IMG/VR virus record: IMGVR_UViG_3300021086_000008
Span: 1 to 42,558 of that record
DNA length: 42,558 bases
Direction: 5' to 3' (one strand)
Source of the DNA: a virus
Taxonomy: Duplodnaviria > Caudoviricetes
The notes under the pieces were generated by a model that had not been told where the DNA came from, searched no databases, and worked only from the letters and a program-made list of their open reading frames with translations. This document shows positions 16,653-26,380 of this stretch, one piece after another. The translations under genes were made by a program, and so were the position numbers. Every line of letters starts with the position of its first letter. Within the stretch, counting starts at the first letter, position 1.

Positions 16653-17908
16653 ATTACCTCCCACGCTCGCAGTTCATTGATTTCCATGAACGCGAGAAGC
16701 GCTGGGCCGTCATCGTTGCACATCGCAGGGCAGGTAAGACCGTGGCCTGCATCATGGAGTTATTGACGCGCGCGCTCGCAACGGCAAAGAAGGACGCGCG
16801 CTACGCCTACATCGCGCCGTATCGCGAGCAAGCAAAGACGGTAGCGTGGGGCTATTTAAAGCACTACGCCTATTCGGTCGTCAAAGATCCTGAGAAGGAC
16901 TTTCGCGAGTCGGATCTCCAAGTGCTGCTGTTCAACGGCTCGACGGTGCGCTTGTTTGGCGCTGATAATCCGAATGCACTGCGCGGCATGTATTTGGACG
17001 GCGTGGTGATGGATGAGTACGCCGACATGCGTCCGAGCTTATGGGGTGAGGTGATTCGCCCAACGCTTTCGGACCGCCTGGGCTGGGCGGTCTTTATCGG
17101 TACGCCACGCGGCCGCAATGCGTTCTATGATATCAATCAGCAGTCGCTCACGGATGCAGATTGGTTCCATGTGACGCTCAAAGCTTCCGAGACTGGCCTG
17201 TTGCCAGACTCTGAATTGGCCGACGCGCGCAAGACGATGACCGAGAACCAATATGAGCAGGAGTACGAATGCTCCTTCGAGGCTGCGGTCATTGGCGCGG
17301 TCTATGCCAAGGAACTGAAGATCTGTCGCGATCAAGGCCGCGTGAAGCGCGTGCCCTACGATGATTCGAAGCTGGTCTATTGCTCGTTCGACATCGGCAA
17401 GCGCGATGCGACCGCGATTTGGTTTTATCAGATGGTCTCGGGTGAAGTGCGCATCATTGATTTCTTCGAGGATCATCTAGAAGGTCCAAGCTATTACGCC
17501 GCCAAGCTCAAGGGCAAGGGCTACAAGTACGACACGCTCTATCTGCCGCATGATGCCAACAATGAAGCGATCGCTGCAGATGTGACCTTCGCCGGTGCAA
17601 TGCAGAAGAATGGCTTTAAGGTCGAAGTGCTCAAGAAGATCAGCCAGGAGGACGGCATCAATGCGGCGCGCATGCTGTTCTCGAAGATCGTGTTTGATGC
17701 CGAACGCTGTGTAGCGGGGCTCGAAGCCTTGCAGAACTATCGGTGGGGATATAACGCGCGCATGGATGAACTAAAGACCGAAGCGGTGCACGACTGGTCG
17801 AGTCATGCGGCCGATTCTTTTCGCTATCTCGCGATCTCGGTGCGCTTGGGTATTGGCGAAAGAACGTTCCACAAACCCCTGAATTATCCCAAAAGGGCAT
17901 ACGTATGA
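16616..17908 (+). CDS. terL: Terminase large subunit
   Basis: Walker A HRRAGKT, LRGMYLDGVVMDE Walker B, IGTPRGRN, nuclease DIG..D and HDWSSHAADSFRY. Confidence 0.97.
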   Translation: MAARKIKTRPAVDYLPRSQFIDFHEREKRWAVIVAHRRAGKTVACIMELLTRALATAKKDARYAYIAPYREQAKTVAWGYLKHYAYSVVKDPEKDFRESDLQVLLFNGSTVRLFGADNPNALRGMYLDGVVMDEYADMRPSLWGEVIRPTLSDRLGWAVFIGTPRGRNAFYDINQQSLTDADWFHVTLKASETGLLPDSELADARKTMTENQYEQEYECSFEAAVIGAVYAKELKICRDQGRVKRVPYDDSKLVYCSFDIGKRDATAIWFYQMVSGEVRIIDFFEDHLEGPSYYAAKLKGKGYKYDTLYLPHDANNEAIAADVTFAGAMQKNGFKVEVLKKISQEDGINAARMLFSKIVFDAERCVAGLEALQNYRWGYNARMDELKTEAVHDWSSHAADSFRYLAISVRLGIGERTFHKPLNYPKRAYV

Positions 17909-18048
17909 GCATGCAGCAATTCGCGCAAATCAAAGCGCTCGAAGCGGAACTTGCAGAACTGCGTCAGTGGTATGCGGATCTCATCATCCGCGTGCAGGCG
18001 CTCGAGCAGAAGAAAACCACGTTAGAGATGCCGAGGAAAAGTGCGTGA
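17905..18048 (+). CDS. 47-aa coiled-coil protein
   Basis: Manual translation MSMQQFAQIKALEAELAELRQW...; ATGA and GTGA couplings. Confidence 0.6.
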   Translation: MSMQQFAQIKALEAELAELRQWYADLIIRVQALEQKKTTLEMPRKSA

Positions 18049-18575
18049 CGATTCTCTTTACCGCCAATACGCTGATCAACAGCAAGATCTATCACGCGGG
18101 CGGCAAGTATAATTTTGCGACCACCGATGAGGCCACCCAAGTCGCTGCGGGCGTTGCGATCTACTGGCCTCCCGCAGTCAAGCTCGATACCACGCCGATC
18201 TGGGTACCGATCGCGAACTTGACCTTTGCGAGCTTTACCGCGGCTGCAGCATCGCAGCAGATACCGGTATTCAATCTTGAGCCGCACGGCATCATTCAAG
18301 GCGTCAAGATTCGCCATACGACAGCCTTCGCGGGCGGTGCGATCTCAGCCTTCACGGTATCGGTGGGCGATCTAGGGACGGTGGATCTATTCGCAAGCGC
18401 CTATAACGTATATCAAGCCACCGGCTCGCGCGTCTATCAGTTGAGTTCGAACTTCTACGCCGAGGACAATACCAGCCCCACATGCCTGTACGTCAACGCC
18501 ATTGCGACGGGCGATAACGTGAATGCGGCGAGTGCTGGTGTGGTCAATATTTGGGCGTTGCTCTCCAAGAGTTAA
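18045..18575 (+). CDS. Putative capsid decoration/spike-base-like beta protein
   Basis: L...IIQGVKIRHTTAFAG.....VSVG...D.F pattern; GTG coupled start. Confidence 0.5.
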   Translation: MTILFTANTLINSKIYHAGGKYNFATTDEATQVAAGVAIYWPPAVKLDTTPIWVPIANLTFASFTAAAASQQIPVFNLEPHGIIQGVKIRHTTAFAGGAISAFTVSVGDLGTVDLFASAYNVYQATGSRVYQLSSNFYAEDNTSPTCLYVNAIATGDNVNAASAGVVNIWALLSKS

Positions 18576-18577
18576 TT

Positions 18578-21241
18578 ATGAAATCAATCTTTATCATGCT
18601 GTTGTTTGCGGCAGGACCAGTCTTTGCCCAAACGATTGAGCAAAAGACGCCGGCCAGTAGTGGCGGCGGCTTGACCCCCATTACTACCGGCACCGTCTTA
18701 GGCAACGCGAGCGGCTCCTCAGCCGTACCGAGCGCGCAAGCGATCTTACCGCCTGGCGTTACCGTTGGCCCGACCTTCTACCCAGCCGCCAACACGCAAG
18801 CAGCGATCGTCGCTGCTGAAACGGCGGCATGTGCCAATGGCGGCGGCACGGTGCAGCTCGCGCCAGTGGCCTATACGATCACGGCGACGCTCCCGGTTTG
18901 CAGCAACGTTATCTACAACGGCGCTGGCTATTCTGGACTCAATACCGCGACCGGAACGGTACTGACCTGCAGCGCCAATACATTTGACGCGTTCGATTAC
19001 AACAACACGGACTTGGGCACCGCGCCCACCAATAGCACGACATTTCAAGCGGGCTGGATAAGAGGGTTTGGAGTCACCAACCTTACGATCAGCAGTTGCA
19101 ATTACGGCATTAAAGTCGGCGCCCTGTACAACGCGGGGGGCTTGAATTTAGTCATTCAGAATGTCTCCGCCATCAACAATGCGGCGTGGGGATTTTGGTT
19201 CGAGAATTATAACTTTGCCAAGTTCCGCAGCCTATATGCGGGGTTCAATACATTAGGCGGCATGTGGTTCGGCTCCTCTGGAGGCGCCGTCATGGACGGT
19301 GGCAATAGCGTTACTGAGGATTTGGGGGTAACCACCTCTGCCAATAACGTTTCCCTGCGCGGGATCGTGCTCGCTTCTCGCGGAACCGGATCTAACTCAC
19401 TCAATCAGAATCCGGTCAATAACGTATCGATCTCCATGAGCAACCGGACGGCGGTTACTCAAGCGGCAACGATGACGAACGCGTCTGCCACTATCGGCGT
19501 GACCGACTCCACGAAGTTTATCGTCGATCAGCCGGTAGTGTTCAGCGCGACCGTCAATGGATTTACGACGGCCAAGACGTACTTCGTCTTGAGCAGCGCG
19601 GCTAATGTCATCACAGTCGGTACGTATATGGGCGGCGCTGCCCTGACGGCAACAGGTACCACCGCGGTCAATGTGGTGAGCTACGGATTCTCGCCCCTTG
19701 AACTGATCGGCTATTACTTCTCCGCTGGCGCCGGCCACGGTTCTATATTCCCAGCGGCGTTCACCAATCTTGATCTGGAGGCACCGGGCAGCAGCGTTTC
19801 AAATTCCAGTGTCACGCTGCAGCAAGTGCGTGGGATCAATCTCGGCCTTGATTATGTCGATGTAGCCAGCACGGCTGGAATCGTCTTCAGGGCGTCGGCC
19901 GTCAATGCCATCACGGCAAATCAATCGTTCAACCTCGTCACGTATGATACTGATGGCATATTCACTGCTCCGGTCATCAATGGTGGCAGTTTACCTGCTG
20001 TCGACAGCTTAACTGCGGGGCCAGGACTTTCCGTCAATTCATCGACGGGCGCTGTCACGGCATCGCTCTCGCAAAGTACCAATCCGCAAACCGGCACGAG
20101 CTACACGATTGCGACCACCGATGCTGCAAACCTCGTGACCTTTAGCAACGCGAGCGCTGTTGCTGTCGCGCTGCCGGCCGCGACTACGACAGGCTTCGGC
20201 GCTGGCTTCTCGTTAGATACGCAAAATATCGGTGCGGGTGCTGTCACCATCACGCCGACGACCTCGCTTATCAACGGCGCATCCTCGCTCGTCATGGTTT
20301 CAAATACCGGATGCACGATCACGAGCGACGGGACGAATTATCAGACCTCCGCCTGTACGGCGAACTCCCCCGGTAACAGCACTACCCCAACATTCAGCAC
20401 GCTCACCGTCACATCAACGGTATCAGGTGCGGGCTTCTCGACCTATCTTGCATCGCCTCCCGCCATTGGCGGGACCTTGGCAGCCGCTGGCACCTTTAAG
20501 ACCTTGGGCTTTTCCGGGAATATCAGCACCGCAGCCTCCTTGGCCAATGGTGTTGGAATGGGATCCTCTGGCACCACCCTCACGTATACCGATTCGAGCA
20601 GCGCCGGCGGGACGATCACCTCGGCCTATATGTATAACCTTCCGCAAGTGACGTTCACCGCGAGCGCGGCGACCACCTACACCAATGCATCCGAATTGTT
20701 TCTGCCCTCCCCGAGTTGCAGCACGAATACGACGTGCACCAACGTGTATTCGCTCTACGCCTCGGGTAAAGGCTTTTTTGGCGGTGTTCTTACGACAGCC
20801 GGTCTTACTGATACCGGCACCACGGCCATCAATTCCAATACCTCCGCCACCACTACGATTGGGGCTGGGACCGCAACAGGGCAAGTCACGATCGGCGGCG
20901 GCTCGAACACCGTCAAGATTGGTTCAAATCTGCAAATCGGTGCGACGTTGACCTGCTCGATTACCGCGCCCACGGTAACCAGCGGATTGGGTACATCGCC
21001 TGTCGTGACCGCCGCAAACACCTGCGCATTTCTGATTACGACAGGATCGGGGAGTCCCACGACCACAACCGTATTGGCCATGCCGACCGCGAATGCAGGA
21101 TATGCCTGCCAGGCGACTGATATCACGACCTCTCTCGATACCGCGAGCGAGACGGCCTATACGACGACCGCGGTAACTTTCACATGGAATATTGCACCGT
21201 CCGCGAGTGACAAAATCATATTCAACTGCGGTTCGTTCTAA
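18578..21241 (+). CDS. 887-aa Thr/Ser/Gly-rich beta-helix/fibre-like protein with a predicted Sec signal peptide
   Basis: MKSIFIMLLFAAGPVFA|QT; AAIVAA..AAC.NGGGTVQL....YTITATL pectin-lyase cap; TGTSYTIATTDA...LPAA...GF......GAGAVTIT fibre module. Confidence 0.7.
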   Translation: MKSIFIMLLFAAGPVFAQTIEQKTPASSGGGLTPITTGTVLGNASGSSAVPSAQAILPPGVTVGPTFYPAANTQAAIVAAETAACANGGGTVQLAPVAYTITATLPVCSNVIYNGAGYSGLNTATGTVLTCSANTFDAFDYNNTDLGTAPTNSTTFQAGWIRGFGVTNLTISSCNYGIKVGALYNAGGLNLVIQNVSAINNAAWGFWFENYNFAKFRSLYAGFNTLGGMWFGSSGGAVMDGGNSVTEDLGVTTSANNVSLRGIVLASRGTGSNSLNQNPVNNVSISMSNRTAVTQAATMTNASATIGVTDSTKFIVDQPVVFSATVNGFTTAKTYFVLSSAANVITVGTYMGGAALTATGTTAVNVVSYGFSPLELIGYYFSAGAGHGSIFPAAFTNLDLEAPGSSVSNSSVTLQQVRGINLGLDYVDVASTAGIVFRASAVNAITANQSFNLVTYDTDGIFTAPVINGGSLPAVDSLTAGPGLSVNSSTGAVTASLSQSTNPQTGTSYTIATTDAANLVTFSNASAVAVALPAATTTGFGAGFSLDTQNIGAGAVTITPTTSLINGASSLVMVSNTGCTITSDGTNYQTSACTANSPGNSTTPTFSTLTVTSTVSGAGFSTYLASPPAIGGTLAAAGTFKTLGFSGNISTAASLANGVGMGSSGTTLTYTDSSSAGGTITSAYMYNLPQVTFTASAATTYTNASELFLPSPSCSTNTTCTNVYSLYASGKGFFGGVLTTAGLTDTGTTAINSNTSATTTIGAGTATGQVTIGGGSNTVKIGSNLQIGATLTCSITAPTVTSGLGTSPVVTAANTCAFLITTGSGSPTTTTVLAMPTANAGYACQATDITTSLDTASETAYTTTAVTFTWNIAPSASDKIIFNCGSF

Positions 21242-21243
21242 AG

Positions 21244-22686
21244 ATGCTCACGCGTCGAGAAATCTTGGGCGGTATGGGGGCGCTCATTGCGCTGCCCACC
21301 TTCAGCGCGCATCGCGGCGGCGCCGGAACTCTCCCCATCTGGCGCGCAACCGGTCAGAACATGCGCCAGACCGTGCAAGGCTTTGTGGGCGGGGCCAACT
21401 GGTCCTCCTGTTATCGGTCGCGCCATTACAGCACTGTGCCATTTCGCTATGCGCGATTTGTCATGCCGACGTTCTATCAGACCGGCGGCCAGCCGATTGC
21501 CGATATTGATTTTCCAACGAGCTACAACTTTCAGCTAGGGATTGAGTATCCGTTCGTCAATGCGTTCAGCGGCATTCCGACCCGTATTACCGCGACCTTC
21601 GGCGGCGCCAATAGCGCAAGCTACGTGAGCGGCGTTGGGCCTTTTGGCTACATCCTGAGTGATGTGGTGGATTTTGGGTCGATTGTTCCCGCTGGTGTTT
21701 TCTTTGGGATGTGGACGACGGTTGAGAATGCGGCGGGTGCCGGATCGGCCGCTAATTCGCTTCCCTATCAAGCGAACACTTCGAATAATTATCAGGCGGG
21801 ATGGCAGCGCTATACGGGTGCAGCCGGAGCAAGTTCTTCGCTCATTTCAGCAGGCACCGCACTGACCGCTAGCAGCATCACGGGTGTCGGCAGTGCGCAG
21901 AATGGCGCGGCCGCGAATGCCTTCTCACCCTGCATGATGTTGATTCAATGCGACGCTCATTATCGATCGATTTTCACGGTGGGCGATTGTATTGCCTATG
22001 GCAATTCGGAAGGGCAGGCGGGCTCTTTGACCTATGGCGATGTGATGGGCTCCGCGTTGGGCAATGCCGGCTTTCTCGCCCGCTATGTATTCGAGCAATT
22101 GAACTACAACATGGTGAATTTCGGCCGTGGCGGTGATTCGTTTGGGTATTACAGCGCGCTCAACTGGCAGTATCGATTGAAGATGCTCACGCTTGCGAAT
22201 CCCACGCATATCATCTGTCAGTACGGGCATAACGATTTGAGCGGCGGTGCGACGGTCGCGACCGTCTTGGCGAATGCGCAAGCCTGTTTCGCCGGGATGC
22301 GTGCAGCAGCACCGGGTGTGCCGATCATTCAAGTCACGCAATCGCCCTCTAGCACCTCGACCGATAACTGGACAACGACGGCCAATCAAACGGCATCTAC
22401 CTTCTTCGGTAATAGCGCCTCACGTCGCGGCACCTTCAATGACACCTACATTCGCACCAATGGCTCGGCGCTCGGAAATGATGGCTTTCTCGATATCAAC
22501 CCGTCGCTCGAATTTGGCTATATCGAGGGCAATGCGGGGAGTGAAACCTCACTGTGGAATGTCACCGGCGCGGCGAACGGATTGTGTCAAGATGGCGTTC
22601 ACCCGAATAGCAATGGTCACTTGCAAGCGGCTACCGGCATGATCGCCTCCCGCAATGGCTCAATCGTGACAGATCCCTTCACATGA
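21244..22686 (+). CDS. SGNH/GDSL hydrolase-fold protein with a twin-arginine (Tat) signal
   Basis: MLTRREILGG; blocks GDCI (I), NFGRGG (II), YGHND (III), DGVHPN (V). Confidence 0.8.
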   Translation: MLTRREILGGMGALIALPTFSAHRGGAGTLPIWRATGQNMRQTVQGFVGGANWSSCYRSRHYSTVPFRYARFVMPTFYQTGGQPIADIDFPTSYNFQLGIEYPFVNAFSGIPTRITATFGGANSASYVSGVGPFGYILSDVVDFGSIVPAGVFFGMWTTVENAAGAGSAANSLPYQANTSNNYQAGWQRYTGAAGASSSLISAGTALTASSITGVGSAQNGAAANAFSPCMMLIQCDAHYRSIFTVGDCIAYGNSEGQAGSLTYGDVMGSALGNAGFLARYVFEQLNYNMVNFGRGGDSFGYYSALNWQYRLKMLTLANPTHIICQYGHNDLSGGATVATVLANAQACFAGMRAAAPGVPIIQVTQSPSSTSTDNWTTTANQTASTFFGNSASRRGTFNDTYIRTNGSALGNDGFLDINPSLEFGYIEGNAGSETSLWNVTGAANGLCQDGVHPNSNGHLQAATGMIASRNGSIVTDPFT

Positions 22687-22698
22687 CCGGACGACGTA

Positions 22699-25065
22699 GT
22701 GATCTCTGACCAACCGCAAACAGCCTCAAAGCCCATGGATGAGGCCGCGCTCCTATCGGCGATCGACGATGCCGACAACCGGTCCTATGGCTCGAACCTG
22801 TCGAACCTGACCGCGGAACTGTCCGCGCAGCGCTCGCTCAACATCGACCTATACTTGGGCAAAGACATTGATCCGGCGCCGGAAGGACAGTCGAGCGTCA
22901 TCGATCGTACGGTATTCGAGACGATCCAGTGGATTCTGCCCTCCCTGTGCCGCATCTTTGCCAATGGCGATGATGTGGTTAATTTGGTGCCCATTGCCGA
23001 GAACGATGTCGAGCCCGCCAAACAGGAGAGCGCCTACCTCAATTGGCTGGTGACGCAAAAGCACGCCTGGTTCGACATCTTCTTGGAGTTCGCGACCGAC
23101 GCGCTCTTGACCAAGAACGCCTATATCCTGGTATACAAGGATTTGAAGCGCACGGTCGAGATCGAGAAATACACCGATCAGACCCGCATGGGCGTGTCCT
23201 ATTTGCTCCAGGACCCGGGTTGTCAGCTAATCGACAGCAAGACGCACCCGGCGCCCGATCTGCCGCCGGATCCGGTCCTAGGGAGCCAGGGACAGCCCAT
23301 CGTCGATGCTCAAGGGCAGCCGATGACAACGCCGGCCATGCTCTATGACTGCACCATCCGGCGCACCGCGAGCCAGAAAGATCTATGCATCAAGGTTCTG
23401 CCGCCGGAGCGGGTGAAAGTAGACCAGAAATCCTTCAACTGGCGCATCGATGAGGACTGCAACTACTTCGAATATTGGGAGGAGTTGACGCTCTCGGAAC
23501 TGCGCAGCCAGGGATATAGCATCCCGACCGACATTGCGGACGATCCGGAGCTCTACACGCAGGAGGACTATGCGCGTGATGAGTACGGCGAACGCCGCCT
23601 CGAGCGCTACAAGCCCTCGGATCCGAGCATGCGGCGGGTCAAAGCGCGCCAGATCTGGATTCGCTGTGATGCGGATGGTGATGGGATTGCTGAATTGCTG
23701 CAGATCCTGCGGGTAGGTCGCAAGATCCTGGCGAAAGAGGAAGTGGCCCGCATACCGGTGGCCTCGGGCGTCGCCTGTCCCTTGCCCCATCGGCACATTG
23801 GCATCTCGATCGGCGACATGGTGCAGGATATTCAGCGCATCAAGACCAGCATTTTGCGGCAAGGCCTCGATAACCTCTACATCGCCAATAACCCGCAGAA
23901 GGTATTGAACGAAACGGTGGTCAATATCGATGATGCGCTGATCTCCCGGCCCGGCGGCATCATCCGGGCCACCGACATCAACCAGATTCGCTATGAAGAG
24001 GCGCCCTTCGTCTTCCCCCAAGCGATCGCGGGCTTGCAATACATGGATTCTGTGCGGGAGAACCGCACCGGGGTCAACAACGGCTTCATGGGGGTTGATG
24101 AGTCGACCTTGAACAACGCGCAGCCTGGCACCGTCAATCAAATGACCTCGATGGCGGCGCAGCGGGTCGAACAGATCGCGCGCGTCCTCGCCTTTGCCAT
24201 CGAGGATTTGTTCTCGATCGTGCATGAAAACGTCCTGAAGATGGGGCATAAGCGCGAATCGGTGCAATTGCTCGGCAATTGGGTGGAAGTCGACCCGGGT
24301 TCCTGGCGCAAGCGCAATGATTTCAAGATCTGTGTGGCCTTCTCCGCCGGCAACAAGGATCAGATGGTGTCGCGGCTCATGCTGATGCTGCAGAAGCAAA
24401 GGGAGGCGCTGCAGCTTGGACTTCCGGTCTGTACCCCGGAGAATTACTACAACACGCTGGTGGAATTGACCAAGGCGAGTGATTTTGCGTCGCCGAACCG
24501 GTTTTGGACCGATCCGCAGAAGATGCCGCCGAAGCCGCCACCCCCGCCCCCGCCGGCCATTGTGGTTGAGCAGATCAAATCCGCATCGCAGGAGAAGCAG
24601 AAGGCGGCCGATATCCTGCAACGCGAGGTGGAAAGCCAGCGCAAGGCGGAATTGGAGAAATACGCCATCGATGCGCAGGCGGGTTCAGCCATCATCGCCA
24701 AACATGTCGATCACAGCAATACCGTGGCCATCGAGACCATGAAAGCGAGTCATACCGCATCGATTGACGCCCTCAACGCCAAACTCGATAAGACGGTCTC
24801 AGGGACGAACGCGACCCAGAAGGCAGTATCGGACGCCCATAACGGAATCGCCCAGAACGGGCTGTCTGCGGCAGCCACGAATGATGCATTGGATCAGGTC
24901 ATCAACACCATCAAGCATCATGCGGCCCTTGCGAGCGGCAAGAAGGTGCTGAAGCACAATCACAAGGGTGAGCTTGAGGGCATGGACATCGTCGATCACT
25001 CGGGAAAAGTGCTGTCGAGTCATAAGGCGGTGCGCGACAGCCACGGCCGGATGACGCTGCAATGA
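22699..25065 (+). CDS. Portal protein
   Basis: R..Y.G....GQSSVIDRTVFETIQWILPSLCRIF...DALL.K...QRIKTSILRQGLDNLY..NNP signature of podovirus portals; long helical C-terminus. Confidence 0.92.
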   Translation: MISDQPQTASKPMDEAALLSAIDDADNRSYGSNLSNLTAELSAQRSLNIDLYLGKDIDPAPEGQSSVIDRTVFETIQWILPSLCRIFANGDDVVNLVPIAENDVEPAKQESAYLNWLVTQKHAWFDIFLEFATDALLTKNAYILVYKDLKRTVEIEKYTDQTRMGVSYLLQDPGCQLIDSKTHPAPDLPPDPVLGSQGQPIVDAQGQPMTTPAMLYDCTIRRTASQKDLCIKVLPPERVKVDQKSFNWRIDEDCNYFEYWEELTLSELRSQGYSIPTDIADDPELYTQEDYARDEYGERRLERYKPSDPSMRRVKARQIWIRCDADGDGIAELLQILRVGRKILAKEEVARIPVASGVACPLPHRHIGISIGDMVQDIQRIKTSILRQGLDNLYIANNPQKVLNETVVNIDDALISRPGGIIRATDINQIRYEEAPFVFPQAIAGLQYMDSVRENRTGVNNGFMGVDESTLNNAQPGTVNQMTSMAAQRVEQIARVLAFAIEDLFSIVHENVLKMGHKRESVQLLGNWVEVDPGSWRKRNDFKICVAFSAGNKDQMVSRLMLMLQKQREALQLGLPVCTPENYYNTLVELTKASDFASPNRFWTDPQKMPPKPPPPPPPAIVVEQIKSASQEKQKAADILQREVESQRKAELEKYAIDAQAGSAIIAKHVDHSNTVAIETMKASHTASIDALNAKLDKTVSGTNATQKAVSDAHNGIAQNGLSAAATNDALDQVINTIKHHAALASGKKVLKHNHKGELEGMDIVDHSGKVLSSHKAVRDSHGRMTLQ

Positions 25066-25198
25066 CTGCCGGGGCCTAATTTATGAAATGCCTATTATTG
25101 CTGATTTTCGCTGGATTGCCTTTATGGCTATCAATCGTTTACGTATTGGCCGCGCCTTCCATTGCGCGGCGCGAGGCGAAACAGGAGCGTCCATATCC

Positions 25199-25486
25199 AT
25201 GACCCCAGCACAAGCAATCGAGCGCGCGAACCGCGCCAAAGCGCTCTTGGACAATCCCATGTACGACGAAGCGTTTGACCTTTGCCGCCTCGCGATCATC
25301 GACCGTATCGAGAAATGCCCGATTGCCGATACCGCAGTGGCCGAGGATTTGCGCAAGTGCTTGAAGCTTTTGCGCGATGTGAAGGCGAATGTGGCTGTGG
25401 CGCTCAATACCGGCAAGGTGGACGCCTTCAACATCGAGAAAGAAGCGCAAGCCAAAAAGAATCCTTTCCGCAACTATTTCAGGTGA
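25199..25486 (+). CDS. Conserved head-module protein between portal and scaffold
   Basis: A.RAKALLDNP...EAF...GK pattern; AGGAG upstream. Confidence 0.75.
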   Translation: MTPAQAIERANRAKALLDNPMYDEAFDLCRLAIIDRIEKCPIADTAVAEDLRKCLKLLRDVKANVAVALNTGKVDAFNIEKEAQAKKNPFRNYFR

Positions 25487-25489
25487 CCT

Positions 25490-26380
25490 ATGAATGACGA
25501 TGGAACAATCGACCAACCGGAAACGGAGTCGATGACGGATCGTATTGCCAGCAAGTTTGGATTTCCCGGTAAGGGCCAGGAGCAGGAAACCCCTGACACA
25601 GCCACGAACCTCGAATCAGACCTGGCGGAGTTGGAGTGGGACGGCGCGAAGTATCAAGTGCCCACCAAACTCAAAGAGGCGTTCATGCGCAATGAGGATT
25701 ACACGCGCAAAACGCAAGAACTCGCCGAGCAGCGCCGCTCCTTGGATCACGTGCGCACCCTTGCCGAACAGCGGCAACTGGATGGTGCATTTTCCGAGTC
25801 GGTGCAAGCCGAGACACAACAGGTCGCCATGATCGATGCGTATTTGTCCCAAGCGACCAAACTCGACTGGGCGCAAATGTCGACCGATCAGATGCTGAGG
25901 CACAAAGTCGAGATCGACAACCTGAAAGAGCAGCGCGAGCTCTTGAAAGGCGCGATCAACGACAAGCGCTCGCAGTTCACACAGCAAGTTAAGGCGAAAA
26001 TCGATGAAATGCGGGGTAAATCCCGCGAACTTGCAGCCAAGTCCATTCAAGGATTCAGTGAGCAGACCGAGGCCGACATGCGTAAATTCGCAGTCAGTGA
26101 GGGACTCGCAGAGCCTGAAGTCGACAACGTATTGCTCGACCCGCGATCCTACAAGATCATCTGGAAAGCGATGCAGTTCGACAAGGTACAGGCTGGCACG
26201 TCCAAGGTCGATCCCGCCGTCAAGACATTGAAGCCGGGTGCTTCGAGCAATCGCATGCCGGCCGATGTCGCGCAGAAACTGAATTTCAACAAGGCCATGA
26301 AGCAAGCCACGAACTCGAGCCAGAAAGCTCGAGTGATCGAGGAGCGCTTGAGTGGCATCTTTTCAAAAGGACACACGTAA
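25490..26380 (+). CDS. Scaffolding protein
   Basis: Acidic N-terminus, DYTRKTQELAEQRR, coiled coil; directly before the major capsid gene. Confidence 0.88.
   Translation: MNDDGTIDQPETESMTDRIASKFGFPGKGQEQETPDTATNLESDLAELEWDGAKYQVPTKLKEAFMRNEDYTRKTQELAEQRRSLDHVRTLAEQRQLDGAFSESVQAETQQVAMIDAYLSQATKLDWAQMSTDQMLRHKVEIDNLKEQRELLKGAINDKRSQFTQQVKAKIDEMRGKSRELAAKSIQGFSEQTEADMRKFAVSEGLAEPEVDNVLLDPRSYKIIWKAMQFDKVQAGTSKVDPAVKTLKPGASSNRMPADVAQKLNFNKAMKQATNSSQKARVIEERLSGIFSKGHT

Noticed and set aside
24524-24558. Poly-proline, C-rich tract in the portal gene as a phase-variation site
   Set aside because: Mixed Pro codons encoding a linker; no long homopolymer
23383-24621. 412-aa minus-strand ORF, and other long antisense ORFs such as 12024-12788, 13644-14288 and 25616-26305
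   Set aside because: Shadows of GC-rich coding genes on the opposite strand; no motifs
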